Below, in pieces: positions 22,655 through 32,206 of a stretch of DNA of 64,000 nt (the first letter of the stretch is position 1; each line of letters starts with the position of its first letter). The notes under the pieces were generated by a model. It was given only the letters and a program-made list of their open reading frames with translations. It made no database searches and had not been told where the DNA came from. The DNA is from an uncultured bacterium (GTDB taxonomy: Bacteria; Verrucomicrobiota; Verrucomicrobiia; Verrucomicrobiales; DEV007). The DNA lies in the NCBI GenBank assembly GCA_963977015.1, contig CAXBMO010000002.1:160001-224000 (forward strand), given 5' to 3'. The translations under genes and the position numbers were made by a program.

Positions 22655-23875
22655 TCATCCGGCCTGCGGAATCGGCGGAGGTGAAGGCCTTCGCGATTTT
22701 GCCGAGTCGGCGAACAACTTGGGCCAATCAACTTTCGCCGTCATCCACATGAGCAGAGCCAAGGTCACGATCGCTCCAATCGTAATCGTCAACCCGCTGA
22801 GCCCTTCGAAAAAGAAACTGTAGCTGAAAAGCACCATGTAGGCGGTTTGCGCCATCGCCGTGACGAAGGCGAATTGCCTTCCCGCAACCGCCCAAACGTA
22901 GGAACAGACGAGCAGCAGCGAAACGATACAGGAAATGACGAACGACACGTGGAGCGGAACGACATCGACGAGATAGGCCAACAGGAGTTGGAACGCGAAG
23001 TATCCAGCGGCGAGGAAGAAGTAGTTCATCGGGTGCAGATTCTTGTTCGTCGCCATCCCGACAATGACGAGCACAGCAAAAAAGAAGAGCAGCGAAATCG
23101 GCGCGAAGAAGGTGATGCGCTCAACAGTCGGGCCCGGATTGAGCACCGAAGGCATGCTCATCCCGATCGCGTTGGCTGCGATCACATCCGGATAGACCCA
23201 TTCCAGATTCCAACCTCCATCGGGTGAGGACTCGCGTTGGTTCGGCGATCCTGTCCCGTGAGGAAAATCGATCTCTTCAAAGTCGGTCTTCATCGCCAGG
23301 GTGAAGTTTCGAATTCGGGGATTCTCCCCAAAAACATAGCGCCACGAGTCGAGTCCGCGCGAGCGATACGCGATTGTGACCGGAGTGCTCGCCCCCGCTT
23401 CCAAATGAACCGCCTCGGTGATTTTCCCTTCTCTTGGAGTTCGTTGGGTCGACTCTGATTCGCCCACCCGAAGCTTGAAGTCATCGTAGCTGGTTCCCTT
23501 GGCGGGAAGCTCGAACTCCACGTAAACGGTCTGCCGAATCGGAGTGGGATTCGCAACCTCATACGTCGCCAGGAAATCGACCTCGTAAGTTCGATACCAG
23601 AGCAGCCCTTTCTTCTTTCGATCATAAGCCAAGTTCACGGATACGTCGCTGGCTTCAGGCTGAATTTCCCGCATCGATTTTCGATTCGTGGGCGAAGCAT
23701 AGAAAATCCGCGGGTGTTTCTGAACCATTGGTGGCCCCCAGTTTCCTTCCACATTCAGACACAGTTTGGCGTCCTGTTGGTTGGTTCGGTAGGCAACGGT
23801 TTCACGAAGAAGATGCCAACCGAGGCTGGTTGCGGCGAAGATTCCGCCGATCGCGACAAGATGGATGAGTTTCAT
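22655..23875 (-). CDS. creD: Inner membrane protein, CreD family
   Basis: N-terminal TM, periplasmic domain, six C-terminal TMs with LHPMNYFF motif; cre-tag repeats upstream of the operon. Confidence 0.8.
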   Translation of the reverse strand: MKLIHLVAIGGIFAATSLGWHLLRETVAYRTNQQDAKLCLNVEGNWGPPMVQKHPRIFYASPTNRKSMREIQPEASDVSVNLAYDRKKKGLLWYRTYEVDFLATYEVANPTPIRQTVYVEFELPAKGTSYDDFKLRVGESESTQRTPREGKITEAVHLEAGASTPVTIAYRSRGLDSWRYVFGENPRIRNFTLAMKTDFEEIDFPHGTGSPNQRESSPDGGWNLEWVYPDVIAANAIGMSMPSVLNPGPTVERITFFAPISLLFFFAVLVIVGMATNKNLHPMNYFFLAAGYFAFQLLLAYLVDVVPLHVSFVISCIVSLLLVCSYVWAVAGRQFAFVTAMAQTAYMVLFSYSFFFEGLSGLTITIGAIVTLALLMWMTAKVDWPKLFADSAKSRRPSPPPIPQAG

Positions 23876-23901
23876 TGGTCGATGGAGTTTGGGTGCGTTG
23901 T

Positions 23902-25590
23902 TTATTCGTTGGCGGCAGGCCGGCGGTAGAAGACTTCAACCGTCGGCGCGTCGCCCTGACAGAGTTGCTTGAGAAGGGTCACGGAGTTGGCGCCCGTGGA
24001 ACTCGCCGCGGGCTCCAGGTTTCCATCCACCGCACTGATGACGAAGATCCCGGGAATCCTGAGATTCCAACTGAGTTGGTGAATGAAGAGCGGTGTCTCC
24101 GGCAGACCCAGAGTCAGATTTCCCTCGATTTCCGAGAGGGGCTCGCCGCGATATGCATAGTCCAGCGCGACCTGCGTTTGGCAGGATTCACAGGGCGTCA
24201 AGGTTAGCTCAATCGTCCGTTCATCGCGCGCCACGGGAGTCGTCGGCTGATTGTTGACGGTGCATTTCAGCACTTCGCATCCTTCCGGCAAGGTAGTTTG
24301 CCAGACCAGGGTACTGTCATGATCAATCGTGTAGGCCGCCCGGTTCAAGGTCTGCCCGTTCCTCTCAAGTTGCGTTTCGAAGTTCGCCTCCGCGATGGTT
24401 GCTTGCGCAGTTGAGCGCCGGGGAAGCCAACGCGGCTGAACTTCAGCATCGTCGGTGGATTGTAGACTCACGTAATCCGCATTTCCAAGCTGCTCCTGAA
24501 ACCAGGGGGAAATGCGCTGCGCTTGCGCGGAGGCGACCACGCCATCGCCCTCCACTTCGAGCCCTTCCGCCAGCGGAATCACAAATAGAGCGCGGGCCGA
24601 TTCGCCATTCTCCGCCTTTGGGACAAAAAGCGGCCACACTTCAGCGAGGGGCGAAACGGGAAGCTCAAATCTCAATTGAATCTGGCGATCCAACGTTCCG
24701 GCGTCTTCCCAACTCACCTGATACCGCAATTCCCCTTCTCCAGTCCGAGTTGGCCGGGTTGCGGCGATTGAGTCGCTTTGAACGGCAACGTTGCGAGCGT
24801 TCTTCGGTAGTTGCAGGGCCATTTCATCGCCTGCCCCGGTTCTGTCCTGGGCAAAAAGTCGTGCCTCGTAGTGCAAAGCTCCGTCATCGTAGCGGGTCAG
24901 GATTTGAGAGGAAACATCCCACGAACTTGGGACGGCGACTTTGGGTCTCGCGGAATCCTCCATCGCCGCGATCAGCCCCAACTTCAGCGAACCCAAATTC
25001 TGCGAAAGCGCGGTGGTCGCCGTTCCGTTCATCACCGGCAGCGGAGAACCATTGAGCTCCAACCCGCGATCCCGCGGCACACCAACAACGCTTAAAACCT
25101 GAACCGTCGCATTGCGCGGGACGAGATCCAGAATCAGCTCTCGTCGCCCACCCTTCCGAGTTTTGGAGAACGCCAGCGTCACCGCGCTCTCACCCGCTTC
25201 ATCGCGGAGCAAAACATAACCATCGTCTTTCCAGACCACGCTCGCGCCGGCCGGTTCCACACTCACCAATTGGGCGGATCCGCCGAGAAGCGGGATGGAA
25301 TGCCAGCCATCCTCAAAACTCTCGACTTCGAACGTGACCGAAAGCTGGATCGTTTCTTCGCCAATCCCAACGTCCGCCTTCATCGATCGCACCACGGCCT
25401 GAACCGGGGGTTGGGCTTCCTCCGGTTCGACACTACGCGCCTTCGCCGCCTCCCACAGCTCCTTCACTTCGGAATACGGGAGGGTGACCTGCGCCTGCTT
25501 CGATTCAAAGAGCGACAATTCCTGGCCTTGAGCGATTCCTCCCTGAAACATCAGGCCAACCGACATCATCCACACGGTTCGTGTTTTCAT
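23902..25590 (-). CDS. Hypothetical secreted protein, first gene of the creD operon
   Basis: 562 aa with signal peptide; 26-bp gap to creD. Confidence 0.8.
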   Translation of the reverse strand: MKTRTVWMMSVGLMFQGGIAQGQELSLFESKQAQVTLPYSEVKELWEAAKARSVEPEEAQPPVQAVVRSMKADVGIGEETIQLSVTFEVESFEDGWHSIPLLGGSAQLVSVEPAGASVVWKDDGYVLLRDEAGESAVTLAFSKTRKGGRRELILDLVPRNATVQVLSVVGVPRDRGLELNGSPLPVMNGTATTALSQNLGSLKLGLIAAMEDSARPKVAVPSSWDVSSQILTRYDDGALHYEARLFAQDRTGAGDEMALQLPKNARNVAVQSDSIAATRPTRTGEGELRYQVSWEDAGTLDRQIQLRFELPVSPLAEVWPLFVPKAENGESARALFVIPLAEGLEVEGDGVVASAQAQRISPWFQEQLGNADYVSLQSTDDAEVQPRWLPRRSTAQATIAEANFETQLERNGQTLNRAAYTIDHDSTLVWQTTLPEGCEVLKCTVNNQPTTPVARDERTIELTLTPCESCQTQVALDYAYRGEPLSEIEGNLTLGLPETPLFIHQLSWNLRIPGIFVISAVDGNLEPAASSTGANSVTLLKQLCQGDAPTVEVFYRRPAANE

Positions 25591-25612
25591 GACGCCGAGA
25601 CTGGAGCCTCCG

Positions 25613-25651
25613 TGTGACGGTTTTATGAAGCTCGTGTGAATTGACCGTGAA
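25613..25651 (-). promoter_or_regulatory. Four phased direct repeats matching the CreB 'cre tag' (TTCAC-N6-TTCAC)
   Basis: Minus strand TTCACG-N5-TTCACA-N5-TTCATA-N5-GTCACA, exact 11-bp period, ending 22 nt upstream of ATG 25590. Confidence 0.75.
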
Positions 25652-25714
25652 AATCGGGTGCGTTGATTCTCCCAAAATGCGCCGGTTTCACTTGAGCCGG
25701 TTTCGATTCACGAG

Positions 25715-28700
25715 ATGGTTTCGCCAATGAATCTTCAAACCCCGCAATTGGTTCTCCTCGTTTCCCTGCTTCTTGGACCGGCCGTTCTTTTCGCCCAGAC
25801 CTTTCCCCAACCCTACAATAGTGAGCCGGATCAAACTGCGGAGCCGCCGTCGCCGCAGGAAGCTCTCAAGCTATTTCAGCTTCCCGACGGGTTTACGGCT
25901 GATCTCTTTGCCGCCGAGCCCGAGGTGCAGAATCCGATTGCGATGGCCTGGGATTGGCGCGGCAGAATGTGGGTCGCGGAAAACTACACCTATGCGGAAC
26001 GGGAAAAACGGTTTGATCTCGCCCTGCGCGACCGGGTCCTCATCCTCGAAGATTCCAACGGAGATGGAGAGGCGGATTCCCGAACCGTTTTCGCCGACAA
26101 TCTCCAGTATCTCACCAGCGTGGAAATTGGTCGTGGCGGCGTTTGGTTGATGTGCCCACCTCAATTGCTCTTCGTCCCGGATGCGAATGAAGACGACGTT
26201 CCCGATGGTCAGCCCGAGGTGGTTTTGGATGGATTCACCGTCGCGGAAAGCAACTACCACAATTTTGCGAACGGATTGCGATGGGGGCCCGATGGGTGGC
26301 TGTATGGCCGCTGCGGACACTCCTGCCCCGGCAGGCTCGGGATCCCTGGAACGCCCGAGGCCGACCGAATTCCGATGAAAGGCGGAATCTGGAGATTTCA
26401 TCCCGAGCGCAAGGTCGTGGAGGTGCTGACCCATGGAACGACGAATCCCTGGGGTCACGACTGGGATGCGCACGGCGAACTCTTTTTCATCAACACCGTC
26501 AACGGCCACTTGTGGCACGGAATTCACGGCGCCCATTTCAAAGAGAGTTTTGGCCAGGATCCGAACCCCGGCGTTTACGAGCGACTCGACATGCATGCCG
26601 ATCACTGGCATTTCGACACCACCGGCAAGTGGTCGGATTCTCGCGGTGGCAAGGCGAACGACTACGGCGGGGGACACGCCCACATCGGAATGATGATCTA
26701 TCAGGGCGACGCCTGGCCGAAGCACTTTCACGGCCGGCTCATGACCTTGAACATGCATGGCTTTCGCACCAACGTGGAGCGACTCGAACGTCATGGCAGT
26801 GGCTACCTTGGGCGGCATGAAGAAGACGTTTTCCTGATGGGCGATTCGTGGTTTCGAGGAATCGACATCCGACAGGGCCCGGATGGCTCTGCCTACCTTC
26901 TTGATTGGAGCGATACCGGTGAATGCCACGAGCACACCGGCGTTCATCGCACGAGCGGTCGCATTTACCGGATAAGCTATGGCGAATCGCAAGCTGCCGG
27001 CATCGCCGATTTGGCGATGATTTGTGAAGCGATCGCGCTCGGTGTCTGGGAACCGGCAGTTGCCCCGGTTCACCGGCTCCTCAATCATCCGAACCCCTGG
27101 TTTGAGCGCCAATTGCGCAGCATTCTGGTTTCCGCAAAAAACTCCGGTCAGAACGTTGATGATATCACCTCCCAGCTTTCCAGCGCCGCCCTCGCCAAGG
27201 AAACCACGCTGGTTACCCATCGCCTGCGAGCCCTTTGGACGCTTCACGCTCTGGGAGAAACTTCGCCTGAAATGCTCCGGAGTTTTCTTGCGGCAGACGA
27301 CGAGCACCTTCGCGTTTGGAGCATCCGCCTACTCACGGACAGCCAGCCGATGGATACGGGATTGGGGCCGAGGATGGCAAATATGCCCAAACCGCTTCCA
27401 ACGGCTGACATCAACAAGTTCGTCGAACTCGCCAAGACGGATTCGTCCGGACTCGTCCGATTGGCGCTCGCCAGCGCGTTGCAACGTCTTCCTCTCGACC
27501 AACGCGCGGAGTTGGGAAGCGCCCTCGCCGCTCGCGATGAAGACGCCGGAGACCACAATCTCCCGTCAATGGTTTGGTATGGGTTGATTCCACTGGCCGA
27601 GTCCAACCCCGCCGCGTTGGTTCAGTTGGCCGCAACCAGCGAATGGCCGACGCTCCTCAATTGGCTGGCGCGGAGTCTTTCCGGTGGGCAAGAAGACCAG
27701 ACGTCTTCGCTCAACACGTTGCTCGCTCAAAACACAACGCGAGAACCGCAAATTCAAACGGCAATTCTGCAGGGAATCAGCGATGGAATGCAGGGGCTCC
27801 GCCAAGCGACGAAACCGGAGTCCTGGGATTCCTTTGCCGCTTCGGTCGATCCGGGCAATGCGGAACTGGCTCAACTCACTCAGGAATTGAGCGTCCTTTT
27901 CGGGGACGGCCGGGCGCTGGATGCGATCCGGAAAATCGCGCTCGATCAGAAGGCCGATCTGGCGATGCGAAAAGCAGCATTGCAAACCTTGATCGAGAAT
28001 CGCCCGCCCGATCTGCGCGAGATTTGCGAATCCCTGCTCAATCAGCGGATCATCAACACCGTCGCGGTCGGCGGACTGGCCATCTATGACGATCCCAAAA
28101 TCGGGAACTCGCTTGCCCAAAACTACCGCAGATTCTATCCCGCCGAGCGATCCGCCGTCATCTCGACGCTGGTTTCACGTCCCGCCTGGGCCTCGGCCCT
28201 GCTCGCCGAGATGAAGGCTGGAAAAATTCCAAAAGCAGACCTCACCGCGTTTCAAGCCCGCCAGATCCGCTCATTCGCCGATGAGAAACTCACCCGTGAA
28301 CTGGAATCCGTTTGGGGAAAGCTTCGCGATTCCTCGGAGGAGAAACGAAAGCAAATCGCGGAATGGAAGGACAAACTGAGCCCCGAATTTCTCGCCGATT
28401 CCGACTTGAGCCGTGGCCGGGTTCTCTTTCAAGCGGTGTGCGGTGCCTGCCATATCATGTATGGCGAAGGTGGCAAAATTGGGCCCGACTTGACTGGCTC
28501 CGGACGCGCCGACCTCGACTATTTGGTCGAGAACATCTTTGATCCCAGCGCGGTGGTTGGCGCCGACTACCAGATGTCCATCATCACGTTGACCGATGGA
28601 CGCGTCCTAACCGGAGTCATCACTTCCGAGAACGATCGAACCCTGACGCTACGTCAGGCAACCGAAGAAACGACGCTCGAAATCAGCGCCATCGCCAAGC

Positions 28701-28825
28701 GGGAAACCTCTCCCGTCTCGATGATGCCGGAAGGTCTTCTCCTCGCGTTTGGGCCCGAGCAGGTTCGCGATCTGATCGCCTATCTTCAGCATCCCCGCCA
28801 GGTTTCGCTGCCTGAGATTCCCTGA
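25715..28825 (+). CDS. PVC-type heme-binding CxxCH protein (putative membrane-bound dehydrogenase)
   Basis: FAAEPEVQNPIAMAWD propeller start, NPWGHDWD, HEAT-like repeats, CGACH...IGPDLTG, SMMPEGL. Confidence 0.9.
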   Translation: MVSPMNLQTPQLVLLVSLLLGPAVLFAQTFPQPYNSEPDQTAEPPSPQEALKLFQLPDGFTADLFAAEPEVQNPIAMAWDWRGRMWVAENYTYAEREKRFDLALRDRVLILEDSNGDGEADSRTVFADNLQYLTSVEIGRGGVWLMCPPQLLFVPDANEDDVPDGQPEVVLDGFTVAESNYHNFANGLRWGPDGWLYGRCGHSCPGRLGIPGTPEADRIPMKGGIWRFHPERKVVEVLTHGTTNPWGHDWDAHGELFFINTVNGHLWHGIHGAHFKESFGQDPNPGVYERLDMHADHWHFDTTGKWSDSRGGKANDYGGGHAHIGMMIYQGDAWPKHFHGRLMTLNMHGFRTNVERLERHGSGYLGRHEEDVFLMGDSWFRGIDIRQGPDGSAYLLDWSDTGECHEHTGVHRTSGRIYRISYGESQAAGIADLAMICEAIALGVWEPAVAPVHRLLNHPNPWFERQLRSILVSAKNSGQNVDDITSQLSSAALAKETTLVTHRLRALWTLHALGETSPEMLRSFLAADDEHLRVWSIRLLTDSQPMDTGLGPRMANMPKPLPTADINKFVELAKTDSSGLVRLALASALQRLPLDQRAELGSALAARDEDAGDHNLPSMVWYGLIPLAESNPAALVQLAATSEWPTLLNWLARSLSGGQEDQTSSLNTLLAQNTTREPQIQTAILQGISDGMQGLRQATKPESWDSFAASVDPGNAELAQLTQELSVLFGDGRALDAIRKIALDQKADLAMRKAALQTLIENRPPDLREICESLLNQRIINTVAVGGLAIYDDPKIGNSLAQNYRRFYPAERSAVISTLVSRPAWASALLAEMKAGKIPKADLTAFQARQIRSFADEKLTRELESVWGKLRDSSEEKRKQIAEWKDKLSPEFLADSDLSRGRVLFQAVCGACHIMYGEGGKIGPDLTGSGRADLDYLVENIFDPSAVVGADYQMSIITLTDGRVLTGVITSENDRTLTLRQATEETTLEISAIAKRETSPVSMMPEGLLLAFGPEQVRDLIAYLQHPRQVSLPEIP

Positions 28826-28836
28826 CCGCGTTGCAA

Positions 28837-29853
28837 TCAGTTTGATCGCCGCTGAGCAAAGAGCCAATCCCAGATTTTGGGCGTGGGATCACAACGATCA
28901 TTCGTCTGCTGCGTTTGCCAACCGGCTTCCACATCGTTGGCATCAAAGACGAACGCGTAAGCCGCCGCCCCGTGACCTACTCCCGCCAATTCGGTGTATT
29001 TCATATTCCCACCAACCTCACGAAGCGCCGCGAACAACTCCTGGCTGGTTCGAACCGGCACTTTGTCATCATTCGCTCCGTGAAAGGCCCAAATTGGCAC
29101 CTTGCGGAACGTCGCCACGCGCTCGGGAGGATGCCCTCCACAAACCGGAATCGCAGCCGCGAACAAATCCGGACGCTGATGGATTGCGGCCCAACTGCCA
29201 TAGCCGCCCATCGACGCGCCTAAAACGTAGATCCGATTCCGGTCAATCGGGTGCTCCTGCACGAGTTTCTCAACGAGACTCAACGCCTGGGGCAGAAAAT
29301 TCTTCGGCTCCTTTTTGGCGCCAAGAAGTCCATGAAAATCCTCACGCGTGCCCCAGGTTCCGTCGGCCTGCGGAACCGCGACGAAAGCCGGATGTTGACT
29401 CCGCAATGCTTCGTCAACCAAGGGCGCCATCCAACCGACCAGGTTGCTCTTGTTGTCAGCCCCCTTCCCTCCGGCTCCGTGGAGCGCGAGAATCAGCGGA
29501 TACTTTTCACCGGCTATCTGCTTGAGAGGCGCCATCCAACGATAAGGAAGCTCTCCGTGATTTTTGGCTTCGAAGAATGCTTCCAACTCCTGGCCCGGAA
29601 TTCGCGAGGTCGCTCGACTCGGCATCCCGGGCGCCGACTTGGGATTCGACTTCGAGCGGCGGTCCGCAAGGAACGCTCGCGCTTCATCCATTGTCAGCTC
29701 TCCATCTTGATTCGCATCAGCTTCAGGGTGCTTCTTGAACAGTGCCTCCAATCGCGTTGCTCTCGGGTCATCAGCTTGAGCGAAAGAAAAGCAGATCATT
29801 CCCGAACTGGCGACAAAGAGAGCGAAACGGAACTTCATGGTCATGAAACCCAC
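28837..29853 (-). CDS. Secreted alpha/beta hydrolase (esterase/peptidase S9-like) with EF-hand
   Basis: DANQDGELTMDE EF-hand, LHGAG, GASMGG nucleophile elbow, FHGANDDKV, GVGH. Confidence 0.85.
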   Translation of the reverse strand: MGFMTMKFRFALFVASSGMICFSFAQADDPRATRLEALFKKHPEADANQDGELTMDEARAFLADRRSKSNPKSAPGMPSRATSRIPGQELEAFFEAKNHGELPYRWMAPLKQIAGEKYPLILALHGAGGKGADNKSNLVGWMAPLVDEALRSQHPAFVAVPQADGTWGTREDFHGLLGAKKEPKNFLPQALSLVEKLVQEHPIDRNRIYVLGASMGGYGSWAAIHQRPDLFAAAIPVCGGHPPERVATFRKVPIWAFHGANDDKVPVRTSQELFAALREVGGNMKYTELAGVGHGAAAYAFVFDANDVEAGWQTQQTNDRCDPTPKIWDWLFAQRRSN

Positions 29854-29996
29854 ATTGAAGCAGGGAGTTGCTCTCCCATTTTTCCGATTTTTTTAGACCC
29901 ACCAGACCCAGTCAACCATCCGAGTCTCAGTATTTCCCACAAAATCCCCACAGGAAAACAGTTGGCGAATCGGGAATCCGCCTAACAGTAGACCCT

Positions 29997-31169
29997 ATGG
30001 ATTTGCCACCCCACGTGCCAGAGATTCTTGCATCAGCGAAGAATCACTTGGATGCCCTTCCCCAGCTTCGAGACGTCGTATTGGCTAATGCGGTCTTCTG
30101 CGGAGAGATCCCTTCACCGACGTTCGGAGAGAACAAGCGCATCAGCTTTTTGAGCGACCGCTTCACGGAAAGCGGAGTCGAAAGCTCTGTCGACGAAGTC
30201 GGCAATGTGACCGCGATTGTGCCCGGGAAGAACAACAAGAAGAATATCCTTCTCGCAGCTCACGCTGATACGTTGTGGGACACCAGCGACGATCACGCCG
30301 TCACCGCCCTGACCGACACGCTGCAAGGAATCGGACTCGCCGACAACAGTCTCGGTGTCGCGGCAATGGCATCGTTGCCGCTCATTCTGGAACGTCTCGG
30401 AATTCAATTGGACTCCAACCTCATTTTGCTTGGCGCGGTCCGCAGCTTGGGACGGGGCGACTTGGAAGGGCTACGTTTCTTTCTCGACCACACTCAAAAA
30501 CCGGTTCACGGCGCAGTCTGCATCGAGGGAGCGCAACTCGGTCGACTCAGCCACTCCTGCCTTGGCATGGTTCGCGGCAAGATCACCGTAACCGTTCCCA
30601 AAAACCAGGACTGGAAGTTGTGGGGAGCCTCAAACGCGATCACGAGCCTCCACCAGATTATCGATCGAATCCTCGCGATCGGGCGCCCGGACAAGCCAAG
30701 AACCCAGATCATTCTGGGCTCCGTTCGGGCTGGCAGCGGCTACAACAGTTCGCCGGAACGGGCAACCCTGCGTTTTGAGGTCCGCAGCGAAAGCGAGGAT
30801 GTCGTCCAGAAGATCCAAACGGAGATCAATCAAATTCTGGACGAGGTCAATGCCCATCACCAGGGCAATGCCGAACTCTCCATCATTGCGCAACGCACGC
30901 CAGGAAACCTCGGTTACAACCACCCTCTGGTTACCTCTGTTCGCGCGATCATGGATACGCTGAAGATCCCCGTCACCGTCCAGCCGAGCATGAGCGAGCT
31001 TTCCGCCCTTCTGGTTCGCGACATCCCCAGTGTCACGCTCGGTCTGACCCATGCCGAACACTACAACGAGTTGAACGAAACCGTGCAGATCGAGCCACTG
31101 TTCAAGGGACTGGCTCAAGTCATTGCCACCCTTCAAGTCATGGACCAATCGCTTGCCGCCGAAGCTTAA
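29997..31169 (+). CDS. M20/M25/M40 family metallohydrolase homolog with degenerate active site
   Basis: AHADT and GLADNSLG motifs plus dimerisation domain; ATG at 29997. Confidence 0.8.
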   Translation: MDLPPHVPEILASAKNHLDALPQLRDVVLANAVFCGEIPSPTFGENKRISFLSDRFTESGVESSVDEVGNVTAIVPGKNNKKNILLAAHADTLWDTSDDHAVTALTDTLQGIGLADNSLGVAAMASLPLILERLGIQLDSNLILLGAVRSLGRGDLEGLRFFLDHTQKPVHGAVCIEGAQLGRLSHSCLGMVRGKITVTVPKNQDWKLWGASNAITSLHQIIDRILAIGRPDKPRTQIILGSVRAGSGYNSSPERATLRFEVRSESEDVVQKIQTEINQILDEVNAHHQGNAELSIIAQRTPGNLGYNHPLVTSVRAIMDTLKIPVTVQPSMSELSALLVRDIPSVTLGLTHAEHYNELNETVQIEPLFKGLAQVIATLQVMDQSLAAEA

Positions 31170-31208
31170 CCATTGCAATAAGCCTCAACCCACTATTTCG
31201 CCCGTTCT

Positions 31209-32195
31209 ATGAGTGAGAGCAAAACTATCAATCGCTGGCTGAAGACGAACACGTTTCACCACAGCAATTTCTGGGATCTCCTTCCCTTGCTGGAGGAAAA
31301 AGAGGAGAAGAAACTGAAGATCAGTCTCTGCATCCCGACCCTCAATGAGGAAGCCACCATCGGCAAAGAGATCATCATCTTCAAAAGCGAATTGATGGAC
31401 CGCTACCCGCTCGTTGATGAGATCGCGGTGATCGATTCCGGCTCCAACGACAAGACTTGTGAGATTGCGGCTTCGTTTGGCGCTGATGTCTATTTTTCCG
31501 GCGACATTCTGCCTAGCGAAGGCTTCAAACGCGGCAAGGGCGAAAACCTCTGGAAAGCCATTCATCAGCTGAAAGGGGACATCATTTGCTATGTCGATGC
31601 CGACATCAAAAACATCCATCCCCGTTTCGTCACAGGCTTGGTCGCGCCCCTGATTCGCAACGACGACATGCACTACGTGAAGGCGTTTTACGATCGTCCG
31701 CTCGCGTTCAGTGAGGGCATCCGCCCCTCCGGTGGTGGTCGCGTTACGGAGATTCTCGTCCGCCCGCTCTTCTCCCTCTTCTTTCCTGAGCTAACCGCAT
31801 TGGTTCAGCCGCTTTCCGGCGAATATGCCGTCCGCCGCAAGGTGCTGGAAGAAATTCCGTTCCCCATTGGTTACGGCGTCGAAACGTCGCACATCATCGA
31901 CGTTTACAAGCGGTGGGGACTCAATGCGTTCGGTCAGACCGACCTCGATCAACGCGTCCACCGCAACCAAACGACTCGCGCCCTTGGCAAAATGTCTTTC
32001 GGCATTCTCCAGAGTTTCCTGAATCGAATGGAGGCTTACGACATGATCGATAAATTGCCGGAGATGCGCAACGTCTTCCGCCAATTCCAAGCCGAGGGAA
32101 ACAAGTATGAGCAAGTCCTGCACGAGATCATCGAAGAAGAGCGCCCCCCGATGATCGAGATTGAAGAATACCGGAAGAAGTTTGGGCGCGATTAG
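31209..32195 (+). CDS. gpgS: Glucosyl-3-phosphoglycerate synthase
   Basis: IPTLNEEATIG, GKGENLWK, DADI, GGRVTEILVRP, QPLSGEYA, GYGVE, RVHRNQ. Confidence 0.92.
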   Translation: MSESKTINRWLKTNTFHHSNFWDLLPLLEEKEEKKLKISLCIPTLNEEATIGKEIIIFKSELMDRYPLVDEIAVIDSGSNDKTCEIAASFGADVYFSGDILPSEGFKRGKGENLWKAIHQLKGDIICYVDADIKNIHPRFVTGLVAPLIRNDDMHYVKAFYDRPLAFSEGIRPSGGGRVTEILVRPLFSLFFPELTALVQPLSGEYAVRRKVLEEIPFPIGYGVETSHIIDVYKRWGLNAFGQTDLDQRVHRNQTTRALGKMSFGILQSFLNRMEAYDMIDKLPEMRNVFRQFQAEGNKYEQVLHEIIEEERPPMIEIEEYRKKFGRD

Positions 32196-32206
32196 ATGCT
32201 GAAAGC

